Assembly: GCA_038087875.1 (NCBI GenBank)
Contig: JAXLNO010002317.1
Coordinates: 2,294,001 to 2,358,000 of the forward strand
Direction of reading: 5' to 3'
Source of the DNA: Malacoraja senta
Lineage: Eukaryota
DNA: 64,000 bases
Part shown: positions 34,601-47,972 of the stretch, in pieces
Layout of the letters: each line of letters starts with the position of its first letter
How positions within the stretch are numbered: the stretch's first letter is position 1
Made by a program: the position numbers and the translations under genes
The notes under the pieces: model-generated
The model's database searches: none
What the model was told of the DNA's origin: nothing
The model's input: the letters and a program-made list of their open reading frames with translations, nothing else

Positions 34601-37600
34601 ATTCGGTCCTTTGAGCCTGCACCGCCATTCAATATGATCATGGCTGATCATCCAATTCAGTATCCTGTACCTGCCTTCTCTCCATACCCCCTGATCTCTT
34701 TAGCCACAAGGGCCACATCTAACTCCCTCTTAAATATAGCCAATGAACTGGCCTCAACCACCTCCTGTGGCAGAGAATTCCACAGTTTCACCACTCTCTG
34801 TGTGAAAAATGATTTTCTCATATCGGTCCTAAATGACTTCCCCCTTATCCTTAAACTGTGACCCCTTGTTCTGGACTTCCCCAACATCGGGAACAATCTT
34901 CCTGCATCTAGCCTGTCCAACCCCTTAAGAATTTTGTAAGTTTCTATAAGATCCCCCCTCCATATCCATGCTAGTATCTTCCCTTTAATACCATGGCCTC
35001 TCATCTTCCCTAGCAGCCTGACATACGGCACCTTATCAACGACCTTCTGAAAATCTAGGGAAAGAAACATAGAAACATAAAAAATAGGTGCAGGAGTAGG
35101 CCATTTGGCCCTTCCAGCCAGCACAGCCATTCAATGTGGTCACGGTTATTTTTCCAAAATCAGTGCCCCGTTCCTGCTTTCTCCCCATATCCCTTGATTC
35201 CGTTAGCCCTAAGAGCTAAATTTAACTCTCTTGAAAGCATCCAGCGAATTCGCCTCCACTGCCTTCTGTGACAGAGATTTCCACAGATTCACAACTCTCT
35301 GGGTGAAAAGGTTTTTCATCTCAGTCCTAAATGGCTGACCCCTTATTCTTAAACTGTGACCCCTGGTTCTGGACCCCCACCAACATCAGGAATATTTTTC
35401 CTGCATCTAGCCTGTCCAATCCCTTAAGAGTTTTATATGTTTCTATAAGATCCCCTCTCATCCTTCTAAATTCCAGTGAATACAAGCCCAGTCGATCCAT
35501 TCTTTCATCCTATGACAGTCCTCCATCCAGGGAATTAACCTGGTGAACCTACGCTGCACTCCCTCAATAGCAAGAATGTCCTTCCTCAAATTAGGTGACC
35601 ATAACTGCACACAAGACTCCAGATGCGGTCTCACCAGGGCCCTGTACAACTGCAATAGGACCACCTTGCTCCTTTTCTCAAATCCTCTCGCTATGAAGGC
35701 CAACATGCCATTTGCTTTCTTCACTGCTTTCTTTCATCCACAGCCACCAGGACATTGTCAATACCAGTACATTGTCAAGCGATGTCCTGGTATTAACTTC
35801 CTCAAAGAACTCCAGCAGATTCATCAGGCAAGATCTTCCCTTCACAAAACCATGCTGACCGGCCATTTTATCGTGAACATCTAAGTACTGCGTAACCTCT
35901 TCCTTTACAATTGACTCTAAAATCTTACCAACCACCGAAGTCAGGCTAACCATCCTACAATTTCCGCTCTTCTGCTTCGCTCCCTTCTTGTTCAGCGGGA
36001 CGATATTCGCAAATTTCCAATCATCATGAACCACTCCTGACTCTAGTGATTCTTGAAATATCACAACTAATGCCTCCACAAGCTCCGAGGCCAACTCCTT
36101 CAGAACCCTGGGGTGCAGTCCATCCAGTCCAGGTGACTTATCTGCTCTCAGACCTTTCAGTTTTCCCAGCACCTTCTCCTTAGTAATCACCACTCCACTA
36201 ACTTCCACCCCTGGCTCTCTAGGATTGCAGGCACACTGCTGGTGTCCCCACGGTGAGGACTGATGCAAAAAAGTTATTCAATTCCTCTTCCATTTCTTGA
36301 TTTCTCCTGCACCATTCTCCGACATAATTCGCCCAACATCCACTCTTGCCTCCTTTTTTACTCTTTATATATCCGTAGAAACTCTTGCTATCCTCTTTTA
36401 CATTATTGGCCAGCTTACATTCGTACTGAAGATAGACACAAAAAAGCTGAACTAATTCAACGGGACAGGCAGCATCTCTGGAGAGAAGGAACAGGCGACG
36501 TTTCGGATCGAGACCCTTCTTCAGACTGGTTAGGGATAAGGTAAACAATGGATACAGACGATGATGTCGAGAGATAAAGAACAATGAATGTAAAGTCCGA
36601 GAGCAGGAGGCATCACAGAGGGGGAGCAGTGAGAGAGGATGTGGCAGAACTGCATTGTTGTGAAAGATTGCATCAGGATCTTGATCGATTGGCCAGATGA
36701 GCTGAGAATGGTTGGTGGAGTTTAATACCGAGAAGTGTGAGATTTTGGACTTCTAACAAGAGCAGGACCTACACAGTTAATGGTAGGCTTCTGGGGGATG
36801 TTGAAGAGCAGAGGGATCTAGGAGTGCAGGTGCAAGGTTCCTTGAAGATCGAGTCACAGGTAGATCAGGTGGTCAAAAAGGCTTTTGGCACATTGGCCTT
36901 CATCAGTCAGAGTATTGAGTATAGAAGTTGGGTGATCATGTTGCAGTTGTATCAGACGATGGTAAGACCATATTTAGAATATTGTGTAAAGTCTGGGCAC
37001 CATGTTATAGGAAAGATATTGTTAAGCGTGAAATGGTTCAGAGAAGATTTATGAGGATGCTGCCAAGACTAGAGGGTCTGAGCTATAGGGAGAGGTTGAG
37101 TAGGCTGGGTCTCTATTCCTTGGAGCACAGGAGGATGAGGGGTGATCTTATAGAGGTGTATAGATCATGAGGGGAATAGATCGGATAGATGCACAGAGTC
37201 TCTTGCCCAGAGTAGGGGAATCGAGGACCAGAGGACATAGGTTCAAGGTGAAGGGGAAAAGATTTAATAGGAATCTGAGGGGTGACTTTTTCATACAAAG
37301 GATAGTTGGTGTATGGAACAAGCTGCCAGAGGAGGTAGTTGAGGCAGGGACTATCCCAATGTTTAAGAAACAGTTTAACAGGTACATGGATAGGACAAGT
37401 TTGGAGGGATATGGGCCAATGCGGGCAGGTAGGACTAGTGTATCTGGGACATGTTGGCCAGTGAGGGCAAGTTGGGCAGAAGGGCCTGTTTCCACACTAT
37501 CACCCTATGACTCTAACTCTTGCCAGAGAGAGGAGGAGAACTTCTTCAAAGTAGATATACCTTGAGTAGATTTTGCAGTGGAGCAGACAAAATGTGTAGG

Positions 37601-37729
37601 AAGGAACTGCAGATGCTGGTTTAAACCGAAGATAGACACAAAAAGCTGGAGTAACTCAGTGGGCCAGACAGCATCTCTGGAGTTAACCTCATTTACTTGA
37701 GGTTAATGAGCCATTAGGAGGCAGTCAGG

Positions 37730-40140
37730 TCAGGTTTAATCTACAATTGGAGAGGGAGGAGGATAGATTGGAGGTGTCAGTGTTATAGTTGAATAAAGGG
37801 GACTGGGGCCATGAGGGAGGAGCTGGCTAAAGTTGACTGGAAAGATACCCGAGCAGGGATGACAGTGGAGCAACAATGGCAGGTATTTCTCAGAATAATA
37901 CAGAAGGTGCAGGATCAGTTCATTCCTAGGAGGAAGAAAGATTCCAAGGGGAGGAACGGGCGACCGTGACTGACAAGGGACGTCAGGGACAGTATAAAAA
38001 TTAAAGAGAAGAAGTACAATGTAGCAAAGATGAGCGGGAAGCAAGAGGATTGGGTAATGTTTAAAGAGCAACAGAAGATAACTAAAAAGACAATACGGGG
38101 AGAAAAGATGAGATACGAAGGTAAGCTAGCCAAGTATATAAAGCAGGATAGTAAAAGCTTCTTTAGGTATGTGAAGAGGAAAAAATTAGTTAAGACCAAA
38201 ATTGGACCCTTGAAGACCGAAAAAGGTGAATTTGTTATGGGGAACAAGGAAATGGCAGATGAGTTGAGCAGGTACTTTGGATCCGTCTTCCCTAAGGAGG
38301 ACACAAACAATCTTCCTGATATAGTAGTGGCCAGAGGATCTGGGGTGACGGAGGAACTGAAGGAAATCCACATTAGGCAGAAATGGTGTTGGATAGACTG
38401 ATGGGACTGAAGGCTGATAAATCCCCAGGACCTGATGGTCTGCATCCCAGGGTACTTAAGGAAATGGCTCCAGAAATCATTGGTGATAATTTTCCAATGT
38501 TCTATAGACTCAGGATCAGTTCCTGTGGATTGAAGGGTAGCTAATGTTATCCCACTTTTAAGAAAGGCGCGAGAGAGAAACATGGTATTATAGACCAGTT
38601 AGCCTGACATCCCTGCCACAGAGGGCAGTGGAGGCTAAGTCACTGGATGGATTTAAGAGAGAGTTACTGTAGATAGAGCTCTAGGGGCTAGTGGAATCAA
38701 GGGATATGGGGAGAAGGCAGGCACGGGTTATTGATAGGGGACGATCAGCCATGATCACAATGAATGGCGGTGCTGGCTCAAGGGCCGAATGGCCTCCTGC
38801 ACCTATTTTCTATGTTTCTATGACATCGGTGGTGGGGAAGATGCTGGAGTCAATTATAAAAGATGAAATAGCCGCACATTTGGATAGCAGTAACAGGATT
38901 CAGCATGGATTTATGAAGGGGAAATCATGCTTGACTAATCTTCTGCAAACTTTTGAGGATGTAACTAGGAAAATGGACAAGGGAGAGCCAGTGGATGTAG
39001 TGTACCTGGACTTTCAGAAAGCGTTTGATAAGGTCCCACATAGGAGATTAGTGGGCACAATTAGGGCACATGGTATTGGGGGTAGAGTGCAGACATGGAT
39101 AGAAAATTGGTTGGCAGACAGGAAACAAAGAGTAGGGATTAACGGGTCCCTTTCAGAATGGCAGGCAGTAACTAGTGGGGTACCGCAAGGCTCGGTGCTG
39201 GGACCGCAGCTATTTACAATGTACATCAATGATTTGGATGAAGGGATTCAAAGTAACATTAGCAAGTTTGCAGATGACACAAAGCTGGGTGGCAGTGTGA
39301 ACTGTGTGGAGGATGCTATGAGAATGCAAGGTGACTTGGACTGGTTGGGGGTGTGGGCAGATGCATGGCAGATACAGTTTAATGTGGATAAATATGAGGT
39401 TATCCACTTTGGTATCAAAAACAGGAAGGCAGATTACTATCTAAATGGTGTCAATTTGGGACAAGGGGAAGTACAACGGGATCTGGGGGTCCTTGTACAT
39501 CAGTCTATGAAAGTAAGCATGAAGGTACAGCAGGCCGTGAAGAAAGCGAATGGCATGTTGGCCTTTATAACAAGAGGAGTCGAGTATAGGAGCAAAGAGG
39601 TCCTTCTGCAGTTGTACAGGGCCCTAGTGAGACCACACCTGGAGTATTGTGTGCAATTTTGCTCCCCTAATTTGAGAAAGGATATTCTTGCTATTGAGGG
39701 AGTGCAGCGTAGGTTTACAAGGTTAATTCCCGGGGTGGCGGGACAGTCATGCTGAGAGAATGGAGTGGCTGGGCTTGTACACTCTGGAGTTTAGAAGGAT
39801 GAGAGGGTATCTTATTGAAACATTAGATTGTTAAGGGTTTGGACACGCTAGAGGCAGGAAACATGTTCCCGATGTTGTGGGTGTCCAGAACCAGGAGCCA
39901 CAGTTTAAGAATAAGGGGTAAGCCATTTAGAACGGAGACGAGGAAACACTTTTTCTCACAGAGAGTTATGAGTGTGGAATTCTTTGCCTCAGAGGGCGGT
40001 GGAGGCCAGTTCTCTGGATACTTTCAAGAGAGAGCTAGATAGGGCTCTTAAAGATAGCGGAGTCAGGGGATATGGGGAGAAGGCAGGAATGGGGTACTGT
40101 TTGGGGATGATCAACCATGATCACATTGAATGGCCAACTT
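37730..40140 (+). mobile_element. Decayed CR1 LINE ORF2 with a CR1 3' tail inserted at ~38600-38820
   Basis: ORFs 38030..38401 and 38691..39755 (YLDFQKAFDKVPH, FADDTKLGG); absent from unit 1. Confidence 0.85.
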
Positions 40141-40315
40141 CTGCACCTGTTGTCTATTGACTATTGTCTATTGAGAGTAGGAATGGGTGACGTTTCAGGT
40201 TGAGACCCTTCTTCAGGCTGGTTACATTCGTACTTCATCTTTTCTCTCCGTATTGTCCTGTTTGAAACGTGGAATTCTGCCGTGTGAACACGTTTAAACA
40301 TTTGTTTGTCTTTAG

Positions 40316-40597
40316 ATGCTCCACAGAATCTCTCAATCACTTTCCACGACGACGCGAACAGTTCCCGGGTCAGTATAAAGGAAGGAAACTCTGCGGCGAT
40401 CCTCTGCTCCATCCAGAGTTTCCCAACATCTAACCTGACGTGGAGACATCTCGGTTTCACGCTGAACACAACACGTTCCACCAACGAGCTGTGGATGGAG
40501 TTCCCTCAGCTGACACGGCAGGAAGCCGGGGTCTATCAGTGTGTGGCGGAGAATGAACACGGGACAGCAGAGAGGGATGTGACCCTCACTGTAGAAT
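40316..40597 (+). CDS. Siglec-like gene: C2/I-set exon B'
   Basis: 282 nt intact phase 1-1 exon; 8 nt differences from exon B. Confidence 0.9.
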
Positions 40598-42189
40598 GTG
40601 AGTAGACACACACTGACACATCCCTCAAAACACCATAAGGTCATAAGTGATAGGAGCAGAATTAGATTGCCGAATGACCAAGTCTACTCCGCCATTCAAT
40701 CATGGCTGATCTATCTCTCCCTCCTAACCCCATTCTCCTGCCTTCTCATTGAGCCATAGAGTTATAGAGCCATAAAGTCATAGTGATAGAGAGTCGTAGA
40801 GTGATACAGTGTGGAAACAAGCCCTTCGGCTCAACTTACTTTCAACAGCCTACATGTCTCAGGTATATTAGTCCCACCTGCCCACATTTGGCCCATATCC
40901 CTCCAAACCTGTCCTATCCATGTACCTGTCTGTTTCTTAAACACTGGGTAGACCCTGCCTCAACTACCTCCTCTGGCAGCTCGTTTCATACACCAACTAC
41001 CCTTTGTATGAAAACGCCACCACCTATATACCTATTAAATGTTTTCCCCTTTACCTTAAACCTATGTCCTCTGGTCCTCGATTCACTTACTCTGGGCAAG
41101 GGACTCTGTGCGTCTACCCGATCTATTCCTCTCATGATTTTATACACCTCTATAAGATCACCCCTCATCCTCCTGCGCTGCAAGGAATAGAGTCCCAGCC
41201 TGCTCAACCTCTCCCTATTGCTCAGGGCCTCAATTTCTGGCTACATCCTCGTAAATCTTCTCTGTACCCTTTCCTGCTTGACAACATCTTTCCTATATTT
41301 CCTCTCTCCTCTTCTAAGATGAGGAAGATTAGATCAAGTTATTTGAAGCATTGTGTGCAGTTCTGGTCACCCCATTACAGGAAGGATGTGGCCAGGGTGC
41401 AGAATGCTGCCTGGATTAGAGAGTATTAGCAATAAGGAGTTTTAAGGAGGGCTCAGTGGTTCAACGGTAGAGTTGCTGCCTCACAGCACCAGAGAGCCGG
41501 GTTCGATCATGACTACTGGTGCTTGTCTGTCGGGAGTTTGTAAGTTCACCTCATGACCTGTGTGGGTTTTCTCCAGATGCTCCGGTTTCCTCCCACACTC
41601 AAATCGGACAGGTTTGTAGGTTAATTGACTTGGTATATTTGTAAATTGTCCCTAGTGTGTGTGGGATAGTGTAAGTGTGCGGGGATCGTTGGTCGGCGCG
41701 GACATGGTGGGCCGAAGGGCATATTTACTTGCTTTATCTCTAAACTAAACTAAACTAAAGAGGTTGGAAAGATTTGTATTGTTTTCTATGGAGTTCATAA
41801 GGTCATAAGTAAAAGGAGCAGAATTAGGCCATTCGGCCCATCATGTCTACTCCGCCATTCAATCATGGCTGATCTATCTCTCCCTCCTAACCCCATTCTC
41901 CTATCTTCCCATAACCCTTGACACCCGTACTAATCAATAATCTATCTATCTCTGCCTTAAATATATCCACTGACTTGGTCTCTGCCGCCGTCTGTGGCAA
42001 TGAATTCCACAGATTCACCACCCAGTTCAAAGGCTGAGGGGAGACCTGATAGAAATATATAAAACTATGAGATGCATAGAGAAGGTAGACAGTCAGAATC
42101 TTTTTCCCATGGTGCAAATGTCAAAGTTGAGAGGGCAGAGCTTTAAGGTGAGAGGGGAAAACCGTAAAGGTGATGTGTGGGGCAAGTTT

Positions 42190-42790
42190 TACAATATGAT
42201 ACGACACGATAGAACTTTATTTAACCCAGGAGGAAATTGATTTGCCAACAGTCATAAAAACACAAAACACATGAAACATGAAATTAAAGTGACGAGTGGA
42301 GAGGCTTGGGGGATGTGCAAAGATTACGTGGGAGGTGGGTGGGGAGGGGAGTCAGTCTCAGTCTACCCCACCACAGAAGGCGGAGGAGTTGTACAGTTTG
42401 ATAGCCACAGGGAAGAAGGATATCCTGTGGCATTCTGTGCTGCATCTTGGTGAGACCAGTCTGTTGCTGAAGGTGCTCCTCAGGTTGATCAGTGTGTCAC
42501 GGAGAGGGTGAGCTGTATTGTCCAGGATGCTCCACAGATTGAGGAACATCCTCCCCTCCAAGACCACCACCGGTGAATCCAAGTCTGCCTCCAGGATGGA
42601 GCCGGCCTTCCTGATGAGCTTGTTAATCCCGTTGGTGCCCGCGGCCTTCGCCCTGCTGCCCCAGCATACGGCAGCGAAGAAGACGGCACTGGCCACCACC
42701 GATTGGTAGAACATCTGTAGCATCTTGCTGCAGATGTTGAAGGAGCAGAGCCTTCTCGGAAAGCTCTGTCCCTTCTTGTACAGGGCCTCT
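42190..42790 (-). mobile_element. Rex1/Babar LINE C-terminal fragment; related tails at 6655-7120, 17220-17720, 22630-22890, 32400-32700, 44200-45000
   Basis: ORF 42358..42810: MLQMFYQSVVASAVFFAAVCWG...SFFPVAIKLYN. Confidence 0.75.
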
Positions 42791-43291
42791 GGTTCTTGGA
42801 CCAGTCCCATTTACTGAAGATAGACACCAAATGCTGGAGTAACTCAGCGGGACAGGCAGCATCTCTGGAGAGAAGGAATGGATGAGGTTTCAGGTCGAGA
42901 CCCTTCTCCAGACTGATGGTATTTGTACAAGGTATTTGTACTCCGTGGTAAACAGCAACACGCATCTGCAACACGCTGCCAACGGCGGAGATGGAGGCAG
43001 ATAGGACAGTTCCTTCTCTCCAGAGATGCTGCCTGTCCCGCTGAGTTTACTCCAGCATTTTGCATTTGATCTCCAAGAAACATAGAAAAATAGATGCAGG
43101 AGTTGGCCATTCGGCCCTTCAAGCCAGCACCGCCATTCAATATGATCATGGCTGATCTACTAAAATCAGTACCACCGTTCCTGCTTTTTCCCCCATAATC
43201 CCTTGATTCCTTTAACCCTAAGAGCTAAATCTAACTCTCTTGAAGGTTCACAGATTCACAACTCTCTCGTGTCTTGTTCCTCCCTCTCCAG

Positions 43292-43585
43292 ATGCGCCAG
43301 AGATTTCCTGGGATTCGGGATGCACTCGCACACCTGAGAGTGTCACCTGTGTGTGTGCGGCCAGGTGCAACCCACCCGGAGAGCTCACCTGGCGCCTCCC
43401 CCTCGCCAACCTCAGCGGAAACCAAACCCGCGGACGTCCCCACACATGGCAGGTGGCCGGCGGGCATCTGGTGAATGGCTCCTTCACCCTGAGAGGGGGT
43501 GATGGAGGGGAAGACGTGACGGCCTTGTGCTCAGTCCGAAACCGACACGGGGAAGCCTTGTTCACGGTGTATCTGTCGATGGAAG
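43292..43585 (+). CDS. Siglec-like gene: membrane-proximal MAG-domain-5-like Ig domain
   Basis: 294 nt phase 1-1 exon; YAPEISWDSGC...VTCVCAARCNPPGELTW...LTLRG...ALCSVRNRHG has the C-x8-CxC-x4-NP pattern of MAG D5; TCTCCAG| and |GTGAGG. Confidence 0.88.
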
Positions 43586-45039
43586 GTGAGGACATCTCTG
43601 GGGGAGGGAAGTCATCGAGCCATAGTCATGGTCATAGTGTGTAGGAAAGAACTGCAGATGCCTCGGTTTAAATCGAAGATAGACACAAAATGCTGGAGTA
43701 ACTCAGTGGGAAAGGCAGCATCTCTGGAGAGAAGGAATGGGTGATGTTTTGGGTCGGTCTGAAGAAGGGTCTCGTCCTGAAACATAACCCATTCCATCTC
43801 TCCAGGGATGCTGCCTGTCCCTGCTGAGTTACTCCAGCAGTTGGTGTCTGACATAGTCATAGTCAGAATCATTCAGCGTGGAAACAGGCCCTTCGGCCCA
43901 ATTTGCCCACACCAGCCAACGTGCCCCATCTACACTAGTCCCACCTGCCTGCACTTGGTCCATATCCCTCCAAATCTGACCTATCCATGTACCTGTCTAA
44001 CTGCTTCATAAATGTTGGAATAGTCCCTGCCTCAACTACCTCGTCTGGCAGCATGTTCCATACACCCATGTGTGAAAAGGTTACCCCTCAGATTCCTATT
44101 AAATCTTTTCCCCCTCACCTTAAACCTATATCCTCTGCTGTCCGATTCTGTGCATCTACCCGATCTAATCCTCTCATGACTTTATACACCTCTATAAGAC
44201 CACGTTACAGTTTAGTTATTGTCATGTGTACCGAGGTACAGTGAAAAGCATTTGTTGCATGCTAACCAGTCAGCGGAAAGACTATACATGATTACAATCG
44301 AGCCATTTACAGTGTTTAGGTACATGATATGGGAATAATGTTTAATGCAAGGTAAAGCCAGCAATGTTCGGTCATGGGTAGTCCGAGGGTCACCAATGAG
44401 GTCGATAGTTCAGCACTGCTCTCTGGTTGTGGTAGGATGGTTCAAGGTGTATCTGTGGTTAGTTTAGTTTAGTTCAGTTTAATGTCACGTGTACCAAGGT
44501 ACAGTGAAAAGCTTTTGTCGCATGCTAACCGCAAGAAATTGCAGAAAGTTGTGGACGCAGCCCAGACCATCACATAAACCAACCTCCCTACCATCGACTC
44601 CATCTGTACCTCACACTGCCTCGGCAAGGCCAGCAGCATAATCAAGGACCAGTCTCACCCCGGCCACTCCGTCTTCTCCCCTCTCCCATCGGGCAAAAGG
44701 TACAGAAGTGTGAAAATGCACACCTCCAGATTCAGGGAGTTACTTTCCAGCTGTTATCAGGCAACTGAAGCATCCTACTACAACTGGAGAGCAGTCCTGA
44801 ACTACTATCTACCTCATTGGAGACCCTCGGACTACTTTGATTGGACTTTGCTGGCTTTAACTTGCACTAAATGTTATTCCCTTATCATGTATCTGTACAC
44901 TGGACGGCTCGATTGTAATCATGTATTGCCTTTCTGCTGACTGGATAGCATGCAACAAAAGCTTTTCACTGTACCTCGGTACACGTGACAATAAACTAAA
45001 CTTTAAAAACTGAAAACACACCTCTGGTTGTTCTTACAG

Positions 45040-45136
45040 GTAAGAGCTTCAGTATTTGGATCGTAGTTTTGCTTACAGCAGGGATAATACTGATCGCTGA
45101 GCTTGCTGGATTCTTCATCTACAAGTATATACAGCG
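45040..45136 (+). CDS. Siglec-like gene: transmembrane exon
   Basis: GKSFSIWIVVLLTAGIILIAELAGFFIYKYIQR; TTCTTACAG| and CG|GTAAGT (phase 1 in, phase 2 out). Confidence 0.88.
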
Positions 45137-45327
45137 GTAAGTGTAAATAAATCCACATTTATATTTTCAAATCCATCCCTTTGTCATCTGCTTCTTATGA
45201 CTGCTTCTGCCAGGCTAACTCCTGTTCATAGACACAAAGTGCTGAGGTAACTCAGCGGGTCAGGCAGCATCTCTGGAGATTAAGGAATAGGTGACATTTT
45301 GCATTGGCACATTCTTCAGACTGAAAG

Positions 45328-46369
45328 TAGCAATGTTACAAAATTTTGAGATTTAAAAAATAAAGTCTGCAATTTATCCCATCAGATAAAGCATAAAAAG
45401 AAGTTTAATTTGACACTTAATTCACTTTCATATCTTCAGTATTAAAAACGTTATGGCCATTATCATACTCAGAAATTAGCATCTAGTTCCCTATTGCTTT
45501 TCCATTGACTTAACACAAAAGCTGTGATCGAGGACAGTTAAAAGCCCATAACTTTCTTAAAAATTATGGTAACTGAAAGAAATTTTCAGGTATTATAGAT
45601 TGAAGCATTCTGAAACAAATATGAAACAATCTTACTTCGAAGACATGAAAGTAAAGCATATAATTAGTTAGTTACCTAATTGTAGCTAATTACAAAATTC
45701 AATTACTAGATCTAAACATCTATCAATTTCTTAAGAATAGATTAACATTTTTAAATAGCCTAAGTGTCCAAATAACATTCACACAATAATTCACAATATA
45801 ACATAATTTTTAATTCTAATTTTCATGAATTTACAGGCCAAATGGAAGGAATTGAATGTTTAATACCTGTAAATTAATGGGCATTTAATTCATCTTGCGA
45901 GTGAGGATTTGCTGGAACGCGATCTTTTGGAACGTTCATTTGCGGTGAATTTAACCCCGTATTGGCATGAAAAATACTGCCGTTAATTCGGGGAATAAAA
46001 TCACCGTGTCGCATGACAAAATGTGAATTAAAGGCTTCTTAAGAAGCACTTTTATACATTTAAAGAAAGCACTTTTGTTTACCTGTCCATTGTGTGAAAT
46101 CCGTCCCCGTTATTGGCGTTGACGCTTCAGGAGCTGCTTTTAAAATGACTCTAGCGCTGACATTGACGATTTAATTTTTTTTTAAAATTCACAAATCGCC
46201 GGTAGGAACGATTTTGTCAGCGAAGTTTTGTACTCCAACAAAATATTTCCAGGACAAGGGAGGAGAAACCGCGTTTTAACCCCGCCCCCCCCTTAAAGGC
46301 GCCAAAATCGCGCACACGGCCAGTGGCAGAATTACAGCGCGACTGAAGGTAAGTTTTGTAACATACCTA
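45328..46369 (+). mobile_element. Complete non-autonomous TIR DNA element (~1.04 kb)
   Basis: TIRs TAGCAATGTTACAAAA / revcomp TAGGTATGTTACAAAA; flanking direct repeat CTGAAAG (45321-45327, 46370-46376); no ORF. Confidence 0.8.
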
Positions 46370-46607
46370 CTGAAAGGTTGAGAAAGCCAGAACAAAACAG
46401 CCGGCAACAGATGACCTTTGGAGCATTGTGAGCCCTTTTGGGCCCCTATCTGAGGAATTATGTATTGGCTCTGGAGAGGGTCCAGAGGAGGTTTACGAGA
46501 ATGATCCCGGGAATGATTGGGTTAACATATGATGAGCATTCGACAGCACTGGGCCTGTACTCACTGGAGTTTAGAAGGTTGAGGGGGGACCTAATTGAAA
46601 TTTAATG

Positions 46608-47410
46608 AATAATAATAATAATACATTTTATTTATATAGCGCTTTTCAGGACTCAAAGTCGCTTTACATTGAGAGTCAAGAATAAACAAAACAAAATAGA
46701 GCAGTAAGACAGAGATGCAAAGGGGAGGGGAACATGGGACTAAGGGTATGCAGAGGTGAAGAGATGGGTCTTGAGGCGGGACTGGAAGATGGTGAGGGAC
46801 TCAGAATTTCGGATCAGTTGTGGGAGGGAATTCCAGAGCCTGGGAGCTGCCCTGGAGAAGGCTCTGCCTCCAAAAGTGCAGAGGTTTGATTTCGGAGTGG
46901 ATAGGAGACCAGCTGATGTGGATCTGAGGGACCGTGAGGGTTGGTAGGGGGAGAGGAGGTCAGTGAGATAAGGGGGGGCCAAGTGGTTGAGGGCTTTGTA
47001 GGTGAGGACCAGGATTTTGTAGATGATCCGGTGGGAAATGGGAAGCCAGTGGAGTTCTTTGAGAACTGGGGTGATGTGGTGCCAGGATTTGGTGTGGGTA
47101 ATGAGTCGGGCAGCTGCATTCTGGACCAGTTGGAGTCGGTTGATGTTGCTGGAATTGATGCCAAAGAGAAGAGAGTTACAGTAGTCCAGTCGGGAGGAGA
47201 TGAAGGCATGGATGAGTCTTTCAGCAGCGGGGGGTGTGAGAGAGGATCTGATTTTGGCAATGTTGCGGAGGTGAAAAAATGATGTTTTGACAACATGGCG
47301 GATGTGAGGCTCAAGGGAGAGTGTTGAGTCAAAGATCACGCCAAGGTTGCGTGCCTGACGAGATGGGGAGACAGTGGTGCCGTCAATAGTGAGAGTGGGG
47401 TTGTTAATTT
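46608..47410 (-). mobile_element. L2-clade LINE 3' portion inserted in a CR1 remnant
   Basis: ORF 46740..47339: HAFISSRLDYCNSLL, LQLVQNAAARL, LHWLPI, AFSRAAPRLWNSLP. Confidence 0.9.
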
Positions 47411-47890
47411 TAGTGAGTTGATTTGGAGAGTGAAAGGCTTTGAGAGAGTGGATGTAGAGAGGATGTTTCCACTAGTGGGAGAGTCTCGGACCAGAGGTCA
47501 TAGCCTCAGAATTAATGATCCTTCCTTTTGGAAGCAGATGAGAGGAATTTCTTTAGTCAGAGGGTGGTGAATCTGTGGAATTCTTTGCCGCAGAAGGCTG
47601 TCGATGCCAAGTCAATGGATATTTTTAAGGCAGAGATAGATATATTCTTGATTAGTACGGGTTTCAGGGTTTATGGGGAGATGGCAGGAGAATGGGGTTA
47701 GGAGGGAGAGTTAGATCAGCCATGATTGAATGGTGGAGTAGACTTGATGGGCCGAATGGCTTAATTCTACTCCCATCATTAATGACCGCATGATCTTATG
47801 ACCAACGTCTAATACAACTGCAACTTTGTACTTGGACTTTGCTGATGTGCAGATGTGCTGTAAATTTGGTGTGATCTTCTGTTGCTCCAG

Positions 47891-47972
47891 GAGGGAAGAT
47901 GTGACAACGGAGAAGGCTTCAGGAAACCAAGATACAAATGTGATCTACTGCCCACACTCTGCCACCAATCAG
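47891..47972 (+). CDS. Siglec-like gene: first cytoplasmic exon
   Basis: Unique island; CTCCAG| acceptor; phase 2 in, phase 0 out; (R)REDVTTEKASGNQDTNVIYCPHSATNQ; donor CAG|GTAGTG is fairly weak. Confidence 0.7.

Larger units (their letters stand above)
18830..42073 (+). repeat. Intragenic tandem duplication: unit 1 ~18830-29671, unit 2 ~30750-42073
   Basis: Colinear pairs 18960/30850, 22630/32442, 24000/33760, 25200/35070, 26300/36600, 27450/40270, 27800-29300/40598-42066; each unit carries one A-type and one B-type exon. Confidence 0.9.
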
